From: a virus
IMG/VR virus record: IMGVR_UViG_3300025593_000028
Location: 1 to 64,000 of that record
Direction: 5' to 3' (one strand)
DNA: 64,000 bases
In this document: in pieces, positions 49,516 to 59,022 of the stretch
Layout: each line of letters begins with the position of its first letter
Position numbering within the stretch: the first letter of the stretch is position 1
Program-made: the position numbers and the translations under genes
The notes under the pieces: generated by a model
What the model saw: the letters and a program-made list of their open reading frames with translations, nothing else
Databases searched by the model: none
Told to the model about the DNA's origin: nothing

Positions 49516-51009
49516 GTGGCAGAGGAGAGTAGATCCGGCAAGGTCCTCAAGGTCCTCACCGTCGATGGAGACGGTGAATCCGTCAGCAAGTGGTCGGCGC
49601 AGCTTCCGGTCGACCCCTTCAACGGCGGGTACCAGTACTCGGGGCTGAAAGAGCCGCCGTACTCGCTCGAGCAGCTCGTCTACCTAGCAGAACAGCACCC
49701 GACGCACGGCGCGGCGCTCGAGCAGAAGTCCTCTGACGTGATCGGCACCGGCTGGCAGTGGGAGTCGCTGGCAGAGGGGTCGGAAGAGTCGGACGAGGAG
49801 CAGCGCAAGTCGCTCGACTCGTGGATCACCGGTCTCGCAGAAGACGGGGAAACCGACGACACGTCGCACGAGATCCTCCTCGCAGCGTGGGAAGACAAAG
49901 AAACTGTCGGGCAGGGCTTCATCGAGCTCGCCCGAGACCCGAACGGGAAGCTGAGGCACTGGTTCAGCACCCCCGGCCACACGTTCAGGTTCCACCGAGA
50001 CGGGGTCCGCATCGCCCAGAAGCGCGGCGGCAAGCGGCGGTGGTTCAAGCGCTGGATCCCGGGCGACAAGCGCGGCGTCAACCTCAAGACGGGCAAGCTC
50101 GTTGACGACGCGAAGTCGATCCCGTTCAAGGAACGGGCTACCGAGCTGTTCGTGCTCCGTAGCCCGGGCAGGCGGTCGACGTGGTACGGGATCCCCAATT
50201 ACATCTCGTCTGTCGGGTGGATCACCCTGTCGGTCGCGGCGCGCGACGACAACCTGCTGTTCTTCGAGAATCGGCGCGAGCCCCGCTGGGCGATCATCAT
50301 GGAAAACGTGGAAGACGACCCGGAGGTCGAGGAGGCCATCCAGAGGGCCCTGTCCACGGATCTGAAGCAGCCCCACAGGAACCTCGTCATCCCGCTGTCC
50401 GGCGGGGCGAAAATCAACTTCCAGCAGCTCGGCGACAACAAGGGCGACATGTCCTGGGAGAAGCTCCAGGAACGCGCAGACAAGACGATCCTGACGGCGC
50501 ACAGACTGCCCGGCGAGCGGATCGGCTTCGTGCGCACCGGGGCCCTGGGCGGGTCCACCGTCGAGGAGAGTGGGATCGCGTACAAAGAAGCCGTGATCGG
50601 CAACAGCCAGGCGATGCTCTCGTCGCGGATCAACAAGCTGATCGAGATCGAGTCGGGCATCGACCACCTCAAGTGGAGCTGGCACCCGACCGAAATGGAC
50701 CTGTCGACGCGCGACGAAGACCGCAGGTCCGCTACGCAGGGCTTCACCGGCGGCGTGCTGAAACTGAACGAGGCCCGAGAGGCCTTCGGCGAGGAGCCAC
50801 TCGACGACGAAGACGAACGCGGCGAGCAGTTCGTCTGGGAGCTGGACCCGAAGGTGGCCGCAGCAGCGATGTCCGGGGGCGGCCGCGAAGAGCTCGGCCA
50901 GGGAGAAGGAGAAGGCCATCGAGCCGGTCCGGGGGAAGAGGCCATGGCAGCGGCGCACGGCGAACTCGCCGAAGAGGTACGCCGGCTAGTGGAGGAGCCC
51001 AAGCAGTGA
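49516..51009 (+). CDS. portal protein (PBSX/XkdE-like)
   Basis: EPPYSLEQL, WYGIPNY, FFENRREP, ILTAHRLPGERIG, LNEARE. Confidence 0.88.
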   Translation: MAEESRSGKVLKVLTVDGDGESVSKWSAQLPVDPFNGGYQYSGLKEPPYSLEQLVYLAEQHPTHGAALEQKSSDVIGTGWQWESLAEGSEESDEEQRKSLDSWITGLAEDGETDDTSHEILLAAWEDKETVGQGFIELARDPNGKLRHWFSTPGHTFRFHRDGVRIAQKRGGKRRWFKRWIPGDKRGVNLKTGKLVDDAKSIPFKERATELFVLRSPGRRSTWYGIPNYISSVGWITLSVAARDDNLLFFENRREPRWAIIMENVEDDPEVEEAIQRALSTDLKQPHRNLVIPLSGGAKINFQQLGDNKGDMSWEKLQERADKTILTAHRLPGERIGFVRTGALGGSTVEESGIAYKEAVIGNSQAMLSSRINKLIEIESGIDHLKWSWHPTEMDLSTRDEDRRSATQGFTGGVLKLNEAREAFGEEPLDDEDERGEQFVWELDPKVAAAAMSGGGREELGQGEGEGHRAGPGEEAMAAAHGELAEEVRRLVEEPKQ

Positions 51010-51016
51010 TCTGCGC

Positions 51017-51880
51017 GTGACGAGCCGCTACGTAGACGACGCGGCCGTGGGCCAGTTCATCGACTCGCAGCGCGCGATGGTGCTGCAGCGCTACGGGCAC
51101 GCCGTGGATCGTTCACAGAGGGCGCTGGATCGCTGGGATGCTCGGTGGGCCGAGTCCCTCACGGGCGACGTGCCGACGGCCTCAGACGGGGACCTTGAAC
51201 GTCTCTTGGCCCTAGCACGCGCCGACTCGCGCGCGCTCAGCAAGGCGTTCTTCGGGCCCAGGCTGCGCGCCGGCGTCGAGAAGCTGCTCTCTCCGATGAG
51301 GGGCAGGGTGCGGCGGACCCAAGACTGGTACTCTCGGCGCGTCTCAGAAGACGCCGGGCAGCATGCCCTCGACGTCCTAGGGATCAACCGACCCTGGTCG
51401 TGGGGGGAAGAATCGGCGATAGAAAGGCTGGAGTCTGCGCGCGGGTCGAAGGCGATAGAAGACCTGTACGGAGACCACGTGGACAGGCTCACGAAGATCA
51501 TCGAGCGCGAGTCTCGGGACCGCAGTGCGAAGTCAGACAGAGAACTCGCCGACCGCATCCAAGAAGAGTGGAGCGGGATCGTGCGCTGGAAGGCGGAGCA
51601 GATCGCGCGCACAGAGTCGGCCCACATGTGGGAGGCCACGAACTTCGTCGCCTACGTCGCTAACGGGGTGACCGAGTTCGACTGGCTCGTGGCGACCGGC
51701 CCAGGAGTCGAGCCGGGCAGCGTGTGCACTAGGTGCCTGTCGATCGCTACGTTGAACCCCTACACTGCAGAGAAGGCGCCGCTACCTCCACGGCACCCTC
51801 TGTGCAGATGCACCCTCGTGCCGGCGCTCGGGCAGCAGTGGCGCGCCCCGTCAGAACCGTGGACCGGGGGGTCTAAGTGA
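51017..51880 (+). CDS. MuF/SPP1 gp7-like minor head protein
   Basis: IARTES...W...C..C...PPRHPLCRC. Confidence 0.85.
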   Translation: MTSRYVDDAAVGQFIDSQRAMVLQRYGHAVDRSQRALDRWDARWAESLTGDVPTASDGDLERLLALARADSRALSKAFFGPRLRAGVEKLLSPMRGRVRRTQDWYSRRVSEDAGQHALDVLGINRPWSWGEESAIERLESARGSKAIEDLYGDHVDRLTKIIERESRDRSAKSDRELADRIQEEWSGIVRWKAEQIARTESAHMWEATNFVAYVANGVTEFDWLVATGPGVEPGSVCTRCLSIATLNPYTAEKAPLPPRHPLCRCTLVPALGQQWRAPSEPWTGGSK

Positions 51881-52110
51881 GGCCCTCCAGCGAGGTGGAG
51901 CTCGAGATCGACGCGGTGTCTGACGAGCGCAGAGACGCGCAACGCGCCGGCGAGATGGGCCGCATGGGAGAGCTCGACGGCTGGCTGTCGGACCTCTACG
52001 AGGAGCTACGAACGGCCAGGGCGCGCGAGCGGTACGGCACGCGAGAAGAGATCGCGCAGCGCGCTAGAGTGGAGCGGGAGCTCGAGAAGCTCAGCCGCCC
52101 AGAGGCCTAA
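51877..52110 (+). CDS. hypothetical protein
   Basis: GTGA overlap; helical. Confidence 0.55.
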   Translation: MRPSSEVELEIDAVSDERRDAQRAGEMGRMGELDGWLSDLYEELRTARARERYGTREEIAQRARVERELEKLSRPEA

Positions 52111-52325
52111 GCCAGGCTGCGCTCCTCGGCGAAGGCCGCCAACCTCATCCTGTAGGTGTCTACGTCTGCCCGCCTGAGCGGGATGTCCTCGTCCTCTCCC
52201 ACGAGGTCGACGGTCACCAAGCTACAGACTCGGGTCTGCGGGGCCGGGACGCCGGGGAGTCGAGTGGACGGGCCGAGCTTCTTGTGGACCTCCTTGGGCC
52301 AGCCGCACTGCGGACAGATCCTCAC
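52107..52325 (-). CDS. small hypothetical protein
   Basis: CPQC...H...C. Confidence 0.5.
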   Translation of the reverse strand: MRICPQCGWPKEVHKKLGPSTRLPGVPAPQTRVCSLVTVDLVGEDEDIPLRRADVDTYRMRLAAFAEERSLA

Positions 52326-52341
52326 GGTCCTTCCCTTTCTC

Positions 52342-53625
52342 CTACCATCCCTCGTCCTCCCGCTTTGAGACGTACAGCGGGCACTGCATGCTGATGCCGT
52401 GCTGCGGCGTGACGACGCAGAGCGCCTGCTGCGGCGGCTCGGGCTCGAACCCCTTGCCCCGCGCGTACTCGTCGTAGCCCTTGCCGGCGCCGTTGCAGAT
52501 GAAGCCCTTCGCTACGAGCGACATGTACTGGTGCCAGTGGCCAACGAGCAGGACGTCGAACGGCCTGCCCTCCGAGCTGGCCTGGGTCCTGCGGCGGTGC
52601 GTCAGGAGCGCCAGCGGCAGCATCGCCCCCTGGATCCCGCTACCCCCGCGGGCCTCGTCGCCGTGCTCGGCGCGGAACCGCGTCTCGTAGATCGAGAAGT
52701 CAGACGAGATCCCGTCCGGGATGTCGAAGGTGACCCTGTCGTCTCCAGCGAAGTTCGCGGCCACCAGCTTCATGATCAGCGTGTCGGCGTTGTGCGCCGA
52801 GCGCTTCTTATACCGGGGCTGCTTGCTGTCGCGTGGGTGGTTGCCCGGCACGCACGGGACGTGCACGCGGCCGAACTCGTCGGCCAACATGCCGATCCCC
52901 TCCGTGATGAGGGGTACTGCGAACGGCACGGCCTCGTAGTTCGACAGCTCGTTGGTCTGCCTGAACTCGTCGTGGATCTCCCCCGAGATCGTGTCGCCCA
53001 GAGACGCCATCACTACCCCGTCGTAGTCGACCCCCGCGAGGTACTGGCGGGCGACCAAGATCTGGCGCTCGAAGAACCGCTTGAGCCGCTGTTCTGCGAT
53101 CGCCGGATCGTAAGCGTTGTAGCCAGCGAGCTCTCCCGGGCTCACGACCTCCCCTACGTGGAAGTCCGAGAACAGCGATAGGAGAGTGCCCCGGTGCGAG
53201 CCCTCGTCCTCCGGGCGAGGCGCGAGCCACTCGGGGCTCGGGATGCTCTCTACGTCTAGCGCCAGGGTCAGCTCACGCTGGGTCTTCTCGAGCTCCCCCT
53301 CGAGCTCGTCGGTACGCTGGCGCGCGACCCGCGCTTCGGTCGTCGCTGCTGACGCGCGTGACTGCAGGGACAGGACCTTGCTCGCGAGCTCCTTCTCGAC
53401 CGGCGTGGGCTCGGCCCCGTCGTCGGCGACCTCGACCGAGGCCGCTCGGTCTACTGTGGTCTCGCGCTTGAAGTTCGGGCGGCCGCGCCGTTCCTTCCAC
53501 CAGCGCTGCGACACGGCCGAATCGCTGCACCCCGCTTGGCGCGCCGCGTCGGCGAATGACTCCGCCTCACCGGACGCGATGATCTCGACGGCGTCGTCGA
53601 CCTTGCTGCTCGAGGGTGCGCTCAC
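52342..53625 (-). CDS. HTH + coiled-coil + metallophosphoesterase/nuclease
   Basis: SFADAARQAGCSDSAVS HTH; SDFHVG, LGDTISGEIH, PGNH, HGD, GHWH. Confidence 0.8.
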   Translation of the reverse strand: MSAPSSSKVDDAVEIIASGEAESFADAARQAGCSDSAVSQRWWKERRGRPNFKRETTVDRAASVEVADDGAEPTPVEKELASKVLSLQSRASAATTEARVARQRTDELEGELEKTQRELTLALDVESIPSPEWLAPRPEDEGSHRGTLLSLFSDFHVGEVVSPGELAGYNAYDPAIAEQRLKRFFERQILVARQYLAGVDYDGVVMASLGDTISGEIHDEFRQTNELSNYEAVPFAVPLITEGIGMLADEFGRVHVPCVPGNHPRDSKQPRYKKRSAHNADTLIMKLVAANFAGDDRVTFDIPDGISSDFSIYETRFRAEHGDEARGGSGIQGAMLPLALLTHRRRTQASSEGRPFDVLLVGHWHQYMSLVAKGFICNGAGKGYDEYARGKGFEPEPPQQALCVVTPQHGISMQCPLYVSKREDEGW

Positions 53626-53635
53626 TATCTAGACA

Positions 53636-54046
53636 CTACTCCTTTGTCGAATTGCAATGCGGAAGATGCTGTGCTACATTAGCAAATAGAAAACCACACG
53701 ATGGGCAAAAATCAAGAGCAGATGGCCCCTGCCCCCAGCGGCCCATCGGCACTGGATCTTTGAAATACTGCTCTTTTCTACGGCTGGACAGCCACGGGCT
53801 CAACAGCTCGAACACGGCACCTACCGCTACAGCTGACCTAGCTCGCCAGCGCCAAGACCAGTCATAGTTGTTGCGGTCAGACGGTGTCTTTGACCTGATG
53901 ACATGTCCCACTCCCACTACATGATGAAATCTACGTACTGGCTCCTCATCGCACATGAGTAGAGCCGCAGATGAGCTGGTCCAATGCCCCTCTCCCTCAA
54001 AGAGCCCGGCTGCCCAGGCGGCCTCGGCGTCGCTTACTCCTGCCAC
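53636..54046 (-). CDS. LAGLIDADG-like homing endonuclease
   Basis: AWAAGLFEGEG; visibly lower GC than its neighbours. Confidence 0.7.
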   Translation of the reverse strand: MAGVSDAEAAWAAGLFEGEGHWTSSSAALLMCDEEPVRRFHHVVGVGHVIRSKTPSDRNNYDWSWRWRARSAVAVGAVFELLSPWLSSRRKEQYFKDPVPMGRWGQGPSALDFCPSCGFLFANVAQHLPHCNSTKE

Positions 54047-55308
54047 GGCTCCGGCCTATGCACCCATCCTGAGATCTCTTGCGGCCAGCGCCGGTAGTCA
54101 AGTGAGCAGTTGAACTCGTACTCGCGATCTCCTATCTTCTTGCAGGGCGCACCTGGTTTCCCGTCAAGCGCACGTCCGACCCACCCTGAGATCCAGCGAC
54201 CGTTCTCCACTGGAGCGCACTTGCCCACGTACTTCGACGCGTTCCCGACCGAGATGCCCTCCGGCCAGCGCCAAGCGTCCGGCAGGCCCATGAGCCTCGA
54301 CAGCTCGCGGATCGTGAGGAATCGCGTCTCGCTCCAGTGCACGAACTTCGACGCGCCGGACCCTGCTACCACGTAGCCCGGCCGGTCGGGACGGATCCTA
54401 GTGGGCCACTGCCAGCCTCGCGGGTCGCGCCAGTTAGACTCGTCGTAGGCGAACCGCTGCAGCAGCGTCGGGGGCGGCGAGTCCTGCTTGAGGATCGCCT
54501 CCTTCATGTTCTCGCCCGGGAGCCAGTCCTGCTCGATCTCGCGCAGCAGCGCCCCGAGCCGCGCCGTGTCTTCGTCGATCGTCACGTGCGCGTCGACCCG
54601 GCCGTCCTCACGGCGCTTCCTCGCGGCCCACTCGCTCGGTTTCCGGCGGATCGCCTGCTCGCCCCACTTGATCGAGAGCTTCTGCAGGTCACCGATGGCT
54701 TCCTCGTACGTCACGACCTTGCGAGGCTCGGGCGCGTCGATCCCGAACGGCACCCGGTGAGCGACCCAGAAGTAACGGTGCCGGAGCTGCGCCGCCCCGA
54801 CCGTCGCCCCCGACATCATCACGTGCGTCAAGTCGTAGCTCTGGCCCGACGATCGCTCTAGCTCAGAACGCAACCGAAGCATCAGGTCTCGCCCGGTCGT
54901 GTAGGCCTGCTGCACGGACTCGAAGGCCACGATCTCTGCTCCCGGGGCGCCGTCCTCGCCCGTGCAGCGACCGCCGAACTTGGCTAGGTCTCTCATGCAC
55001 GAGTTGATGGGCGAGTCCGGGCCCCTGGAGTTCTCTCCCTTGGAGACGTTCATCAGCGAGAAGCCGCTGCACGGCGGGGTGCCGTGCACGTAGCCTACGC
55101 CATCGTAGGGCTCCCACTCGCGCTCTGGGGCCTCCTGCACCTCTACTCCCTCGGTGCCCAGCAGCTCAGCGTTCTCGTAGAACGCGTCATCACCGAAGCC
55201 GCCCGGTAGGGTCGCGCGGCCGACCACGTCAAACTTCTCCGTCTCCACGGTCCCCAGCGTCCAGTGGCCCGCGAGGCCCTGGCAGTCTACGGCGCGGTGC
55301 TTGCTCAC
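54034..55308 (-). CDS. divergent C5-cytosine DNA methyltransferase-fold enzyme
   Basis: GTPPCSGFS (IV), FESV (VI), QLRHRYFWVA (VIII), RFLTIRELSRLMGLPD (IX), YVGKCAP (X, Asn->Lys). Confidence 0.85.
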   Translation of the reverse strand: MSKHRAVDCQGLAGHWTLGTVETEKFDVVGRATLPGGFGDDAFYENAELLGTEGVEVQEAPEREWEPYDGVGYVHGTPPCSGFSLMNVSKGENSRGPDSPINSCMRDLAKFGGRCTGEDGAPGAEIVAFESVQQAYTTGRDLMLRLRSELERSSGQSYDLTHVMMSGATVGAAQLRHRYFWVAHRVPFGIDAPEPRKVVTYEEAIGDLQKLSIKWGEQAIRRKPSEWAARKRREDGRVDAHVTIDEDTARLGALLREIEQDWLPGENMKEAILKQDSPPPTLLQRFAYDESNWRDPRGWQWPTRIRPDRPGYVVAGSGASKFVHWSETRFLTIRELSRLMGLPDAWRWPEGISVGNASKYVGKCAPVENGRWISGWVGRALDGKPGAPCKKIGDREYEFNCSLDYRRWPQEISGWVHRPEPWQE

Positions 55309-55460
55309 TCTACGTACGCTCCTCTGTCGGCTGCTGCAAACATCAGTTCCTCTGCCATCGCTTCTGCTAGGTCTTCACCTTCGGCCAGCGACATGCCCTC
55401 GCCGTCACAGTACATCACGAATGCGACCACCAGATCGTTCAGCGTAGGTCCGACGTTCAT
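55305..55460 (-). CDS. hypothetical protein
   Basis: ATGA/GTGA overlaps. Confidence 0.5.
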   Translation of the reverse strand: MNVGPTLNDLVVAFVMYCDGEGMSLAEGEDLAEAMAEELMFAAADRGAYVE

Positions 55461-55816
55461 CCCTCGTAGAAGCTCCTCCGCCTCGCGGCGGTCTTGTCTT
55501 GCGCTGCTCTGCACAGCTTTGCGAAGTCCTCGTCTCCGTAGCCGCAGTTGAGTACCAGATTCCACAAGAAGAGCTGGACGTCAGCGAGCTCCTCCGCGAC
55601 CATCTGACCCTCCGTGGTGCCTATCAGCGGCCCGCCGGTCTCCGCGTCGGCCCAGGGCTTCCAGCCGGGGACCTCACGAAGGGCCTCGTGCAGCTCGTCG
55701 GTAGCAGCCAGGACGTTGTCCCTGAACGAGCGGGCCAGGTCCTCCCCGGCCCGCTCGTACGGATCCTCCCCGAAGCTCTCGCGCTGGAGAGCTCGCTGTC
55801 TACCGATCAAGCCCAC
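55457..55816 (-). CDS. all-alpha dNTP pyrophosphatase (dimeric dUTPase/MazG-like)
   Basis: DELHEAL...WKPW...EELADVQLF. Confidence 0.8.
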   Translation of the reverse strand: MGLIGRQRALQRESFGEDPYERAGEDLARSFRDNVLAATDELHEALREVPGWKPWADAETGGPLIGTTEGQMVAEELADVQLFLWNLVLNCGYGDEDFAKLCRAAQDKTAARRRSFYEG

Positions 55817-55825
55817 GGTACCGAC

Positions 55826-56596
<771 letters not shown>

Positions 56597-56602
56597 CTGT
56601 TG

Positions 56603-57382
56603 CTACCCTCCTTGTGTCGCGGCCTCCGCCGCAGTGTGTGACGTATCTGATGCTACGGGTTGCGCCTCTCCCACCTCGGAATGCCTGAGCTGCCCGAAGA
56701 GCTGCCCGATGTTCGGCGCCTGCACGACTGGGCCGGGGATTTCGTTGGTCCCGTCCTTGGCTACGGCCATGGGCAGCGACGCGACCAGCATGTTGCGCTG
56801 GACGCCCTGCTCGGGCGTGTAGCTGGTGTACAGATACCCGACCGTGTCCACCGCGTACGGCAACGAGCGTGCCATCGCGCCCTGGAGCATCGGCCTCCAC
56901 TTCCCAGATTTGTCTTCTCGCGACCCGGTCGTGAACACGACGCAGCGCGTCGGATTCTCGGGCTTGATCACGAGGTCTCGGTAGTCGCGCACCAGCTTCT
57001 CGAGGTTGCGGAGCACCACGCCCCAGTCCTGCTGGTCCAGTGGATTGAGCCCGACCAGCTCGTCTATGAAGCGTTTCTGCACCTCCATCAGCGAGTCTAC
57101 CACGACCGAGAGGAACTGGTGTTGGCCGCTCTGCAGCCACCGGAACACGAGCTCCATCGTCTTGTAGTCGGGCACGATCGCGACGCAGGTCTCCCACGTG
57201 CCGTCGTACTGCGGCGGCGCGCCCTTCCTCGGGTCCCACAGGACCTTCGGCTGGCTCGGTAGGTACTTGGCGCGACCCTCAGCGTCTAGGATGAGCCTAG
57301 GCGCGGGAGACGAGTCACCGAGCCAGCTCTTTCCGGCTCCGGCTTCGCCGTGTACCAGCAGCGTCAAAGTCTGATCGTTCAA
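56603..57382 (-). CDS. Sak4-like AAA_24 ATPase (ssDNA annealing)
   Basis: LVHGEAGAGKSW, ILDAEG, VVVDSLME, DWG, VAKD. Confidence 0.85.
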   Translation of the reverse strand: MNDQTLTLLVHGEAGAGKSWLGDSSPAPRLILDAEGRAKYLPSQPKVLWDPRKGAPPQYDGTWETCVAIVPDYKTMELVFRWLQSGQHQFLSVVVDSLMEVQKRFIDELVGLNPLDQQDWGVVLRNLEKLVRDYRDLVIKPENPTRCVVFTTGSREDKSGKWRPMLQGAMARSLPYAVDTVGYLYTSYTPEQGVQRNMLVASLPMAVAKDGTNEIPGPVVQAPNIGQLFGQLRHSEVGEAQPVASDTSHTAAEAATQGG

Positions 57383-57447
57383 CGGCCCTCCTCCGTTCGG
57401 TCCATCAGAGGAACTGTACCAGGCATGCTCGGAGGGGGCCGGAGGAG

Positions 57448-58038
57448 TCAGAAGCCGCGCTGCCTCCTGCGGATCTTCTCTGCCAGCTTCGGTTCAGACA
57501 CGTGAGTGTAGATCATAGTGGTGTCTACGCTCTTGTGGCCGAGCAGGTTCTGGATCTCGCGGATGTTGAGGTCTCCCTCGCTCATCAGCTCGGTCGCGTA
57601 CGTGTGCCTGAGCATGTGCGGGTGGCACGGGCCTTCGATGCCGGCCCGCCGCCCGTAGCGCTGCATCATCTGCCAGCAGTAGTGCGGGGACACGGGGCTC
57701 CCCTTCAGCGTCACGAAGAGAATCTTGCTTCCGTCCGCGTATTTCTCTCGCTCTCGCTTCCAGCGTTCTACGAGCTCGAGCGTGCCGTCCTCGATCTGGA
57801 CGTAGCGCTCCACCTTGTTCTTGGCGATGGCCGCGCGGATGTGGATGCGCCGCTCGCGCACCTGGACGTCGCGGACGTTCAGGCGGCAGAGCTCGCCCAC
57901 TCGCAGCCCTGCGCGGTACATCAGCTCGAGCATCGCGCGGTTCCTGATGCCGGTCGGCCGCCGCATGTTCGGCACCGCCAGCAGAGCACGCACGTCCTCG
58001 TCCGAGAAGATCTTCGGAAGCTCTCGTCCCTTCTTCAT
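57448..58038 (-). CDS. small tyrosine recombinase (XerD/FimB-like catalytic domain only)
   Basis: R (GLRVGEL), K, HMLRH, LLGH, Y (TTMIYTH); ~196 aa, no arm-binding domain. Confidence 0.93.
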   Translation of the reverse strand: MKKGRELPKIFSDEDVRALLAVPNMRRPTGIRNRAMLELMYRAGLRVGELCRLNVRDVQVRERRIHIRAAIAKNKVERYVQIEDGTLELVERWKREREKYADGSKILFVTLKGSPVSPHYCWQMMQRYGRRAGIEGPCHPHMLRHTYATELMSEGDLNIREIQNLLGHKSVDTTMIYTHVSEPKLAEKIRRRQRGF

Positions 58039-58220
58039 ATAAGCAATTTCTCCTCTAAGCCAGTCGCAGACTGAGATTCGTACGTGGGGTACCCGCATAT
58101 AGATCATACCCGCAGACGAATGTTGCTGCTATAGAGGCCGCTCTCACCTGAGCAGACGAAGATTCCTCATATGCAGGCCGCAGTAGATCCTTCGCGGCAC
58201 ATGATAGTGCTTATATGACG
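58035..58220. promoter_or_regulatory. probable recombinase target / regulatory site
   Basis: 11-bp inverted repeat TCATATAAGCA (58035-58045 / 58208-58218); core-like CGGCACATGA-TAGTGC-TTATATGACG; GCAGAC repeats. Confidence 0.5.
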
Positions 58221-58244
58221 CCTAGAATCCGGCGTCTAGCGGAG

Positions 58245-58319
58245 TGCCCGCCCCGGGACTCGAACCCGGAACCTCTCCCTTCTGAGGGGAGCGCCTCTGC
58301 CGGATTGGGCTAGACGGGC
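58245..58319 (-). tRNA. tRNA-Leu(CAG), short variable loop
   Basis: GCCCGTC/GGCGGGC-A, CTCCC-CTCAGAA-GGGAG, CCGGG-TTCGAGT-CCCGG. Confidence 0.85.
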
Positions 58320-58346
58320 AAGGAGATCCTACGGATCGCGCCCCAG

Positions 58347-58427
58347 TGCGCGGGGACGGAATCGAACCGCCACAGCCAGAGACGCCTGGTTTACAGCCAG
58401 GGGGGCTCGCCCATGCCCAGCCCGCGC
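58347..58427 (-). tRNA. tRNA-Tyr(GTA)
   Basis: GCGCGGG/CCCGCGC-A, CCTGG-CTGTAAA-CCAGG, 13-nt variable region, GGCGG-TTCGATT-CCGTC. Confidence 0.85.
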
Positions 58428-58444
58428 ACTGGGGCGCGGAAAGA

Positions 58445-58684
58445 CTATATCGGCAGCTCGGGCGTGTCGCTGGTGTCCACGCCAGAGCCGCCGCATTTCT
58501 TGCAGCAGCGGTACATGGAGTAGAGCCAGTTGCCAGTGCCGCGGCATTCCTTGCAGAGCTTTCTGCCGGCAGCCCAGTTGCCCCATGCGACTTTCATGTC
58601 CGTCCACTCGCCCACAAGCGGTGGCGCACCGATCTCGCGTCGCTCGTCTTCGTCCACAGGCTTCGAGACGTCGATCATCCCCAT
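58445..58684 (-). CDS. DnaJ-type CxxCxGxG zinc-finger protein
   Basis: CKECRGTG...CKKCGGSG. Confidence 0.65.
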   Translation of the reverse strand: MGMIDVSKPVDEDERREIGAPPLVGEWTDMKVAWGNWAAGRKLCKECRGTGNWLYSMYRCCKKCGGSGVDTSDTPELPI

Positions 58685-59022
58685 CGGCCTGCCGCCTCTG
58701 GGAATAGGAACCGAACCTTCTTCCCGTTCTTTTCCGCGTACTTGATCTCGCGCTCCGTAGAACTCCCCACATATCCCCCAACGTTGACGACTAGAATCTC
58801 GTCGGCTAGGTCGATCTTGCGGAAATGGACTTCGTCGAGTCCCTGCTTCCCATCGGTCGACTCGTCTCCGTCTGAGCACAGGAACTTCGATCCGGGGGGA
58901 TCATCTTGGTGCCCGTACACGCTGAGCGGGATACAAACGTTGCCCATGAAGGCCTCATGCATCTCGGCCATTCGATGCGCCTCTGGAAAGCGAGTGCTGC
59001 CGCAAAGCGTAACTACGGTCAT
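58675..59022 (-). CDS. nucleoside 2-deoxyribosyltransferase-like fold protein
   Basis: TLCGSTRF...HFRKIDLADEILVVNVGGYVGSSTEREIKYA. Confidence 0.7.
   Translation of the reverse strand: MTVVTLCGSTRFPEAHRMAEMHEAFMGNVCIPLSVYGHQDDPPGSKFLCSDGDESTDGKQGLDEVHFRKIDLADEILVVNVGGYVGSSTEREIKYAEKNGKKVRFLFPEAAGRWG

Noticed and set aside
57448-58427. Classical integrase with attP in the adjacent tRNAs, or a prophage boundary
   Set aside because: The recombinase lacks N-terminal binding domains, the tRNAs are complete phage-type genes, phage genes continue on both sides, and no host genes or repressor are visible
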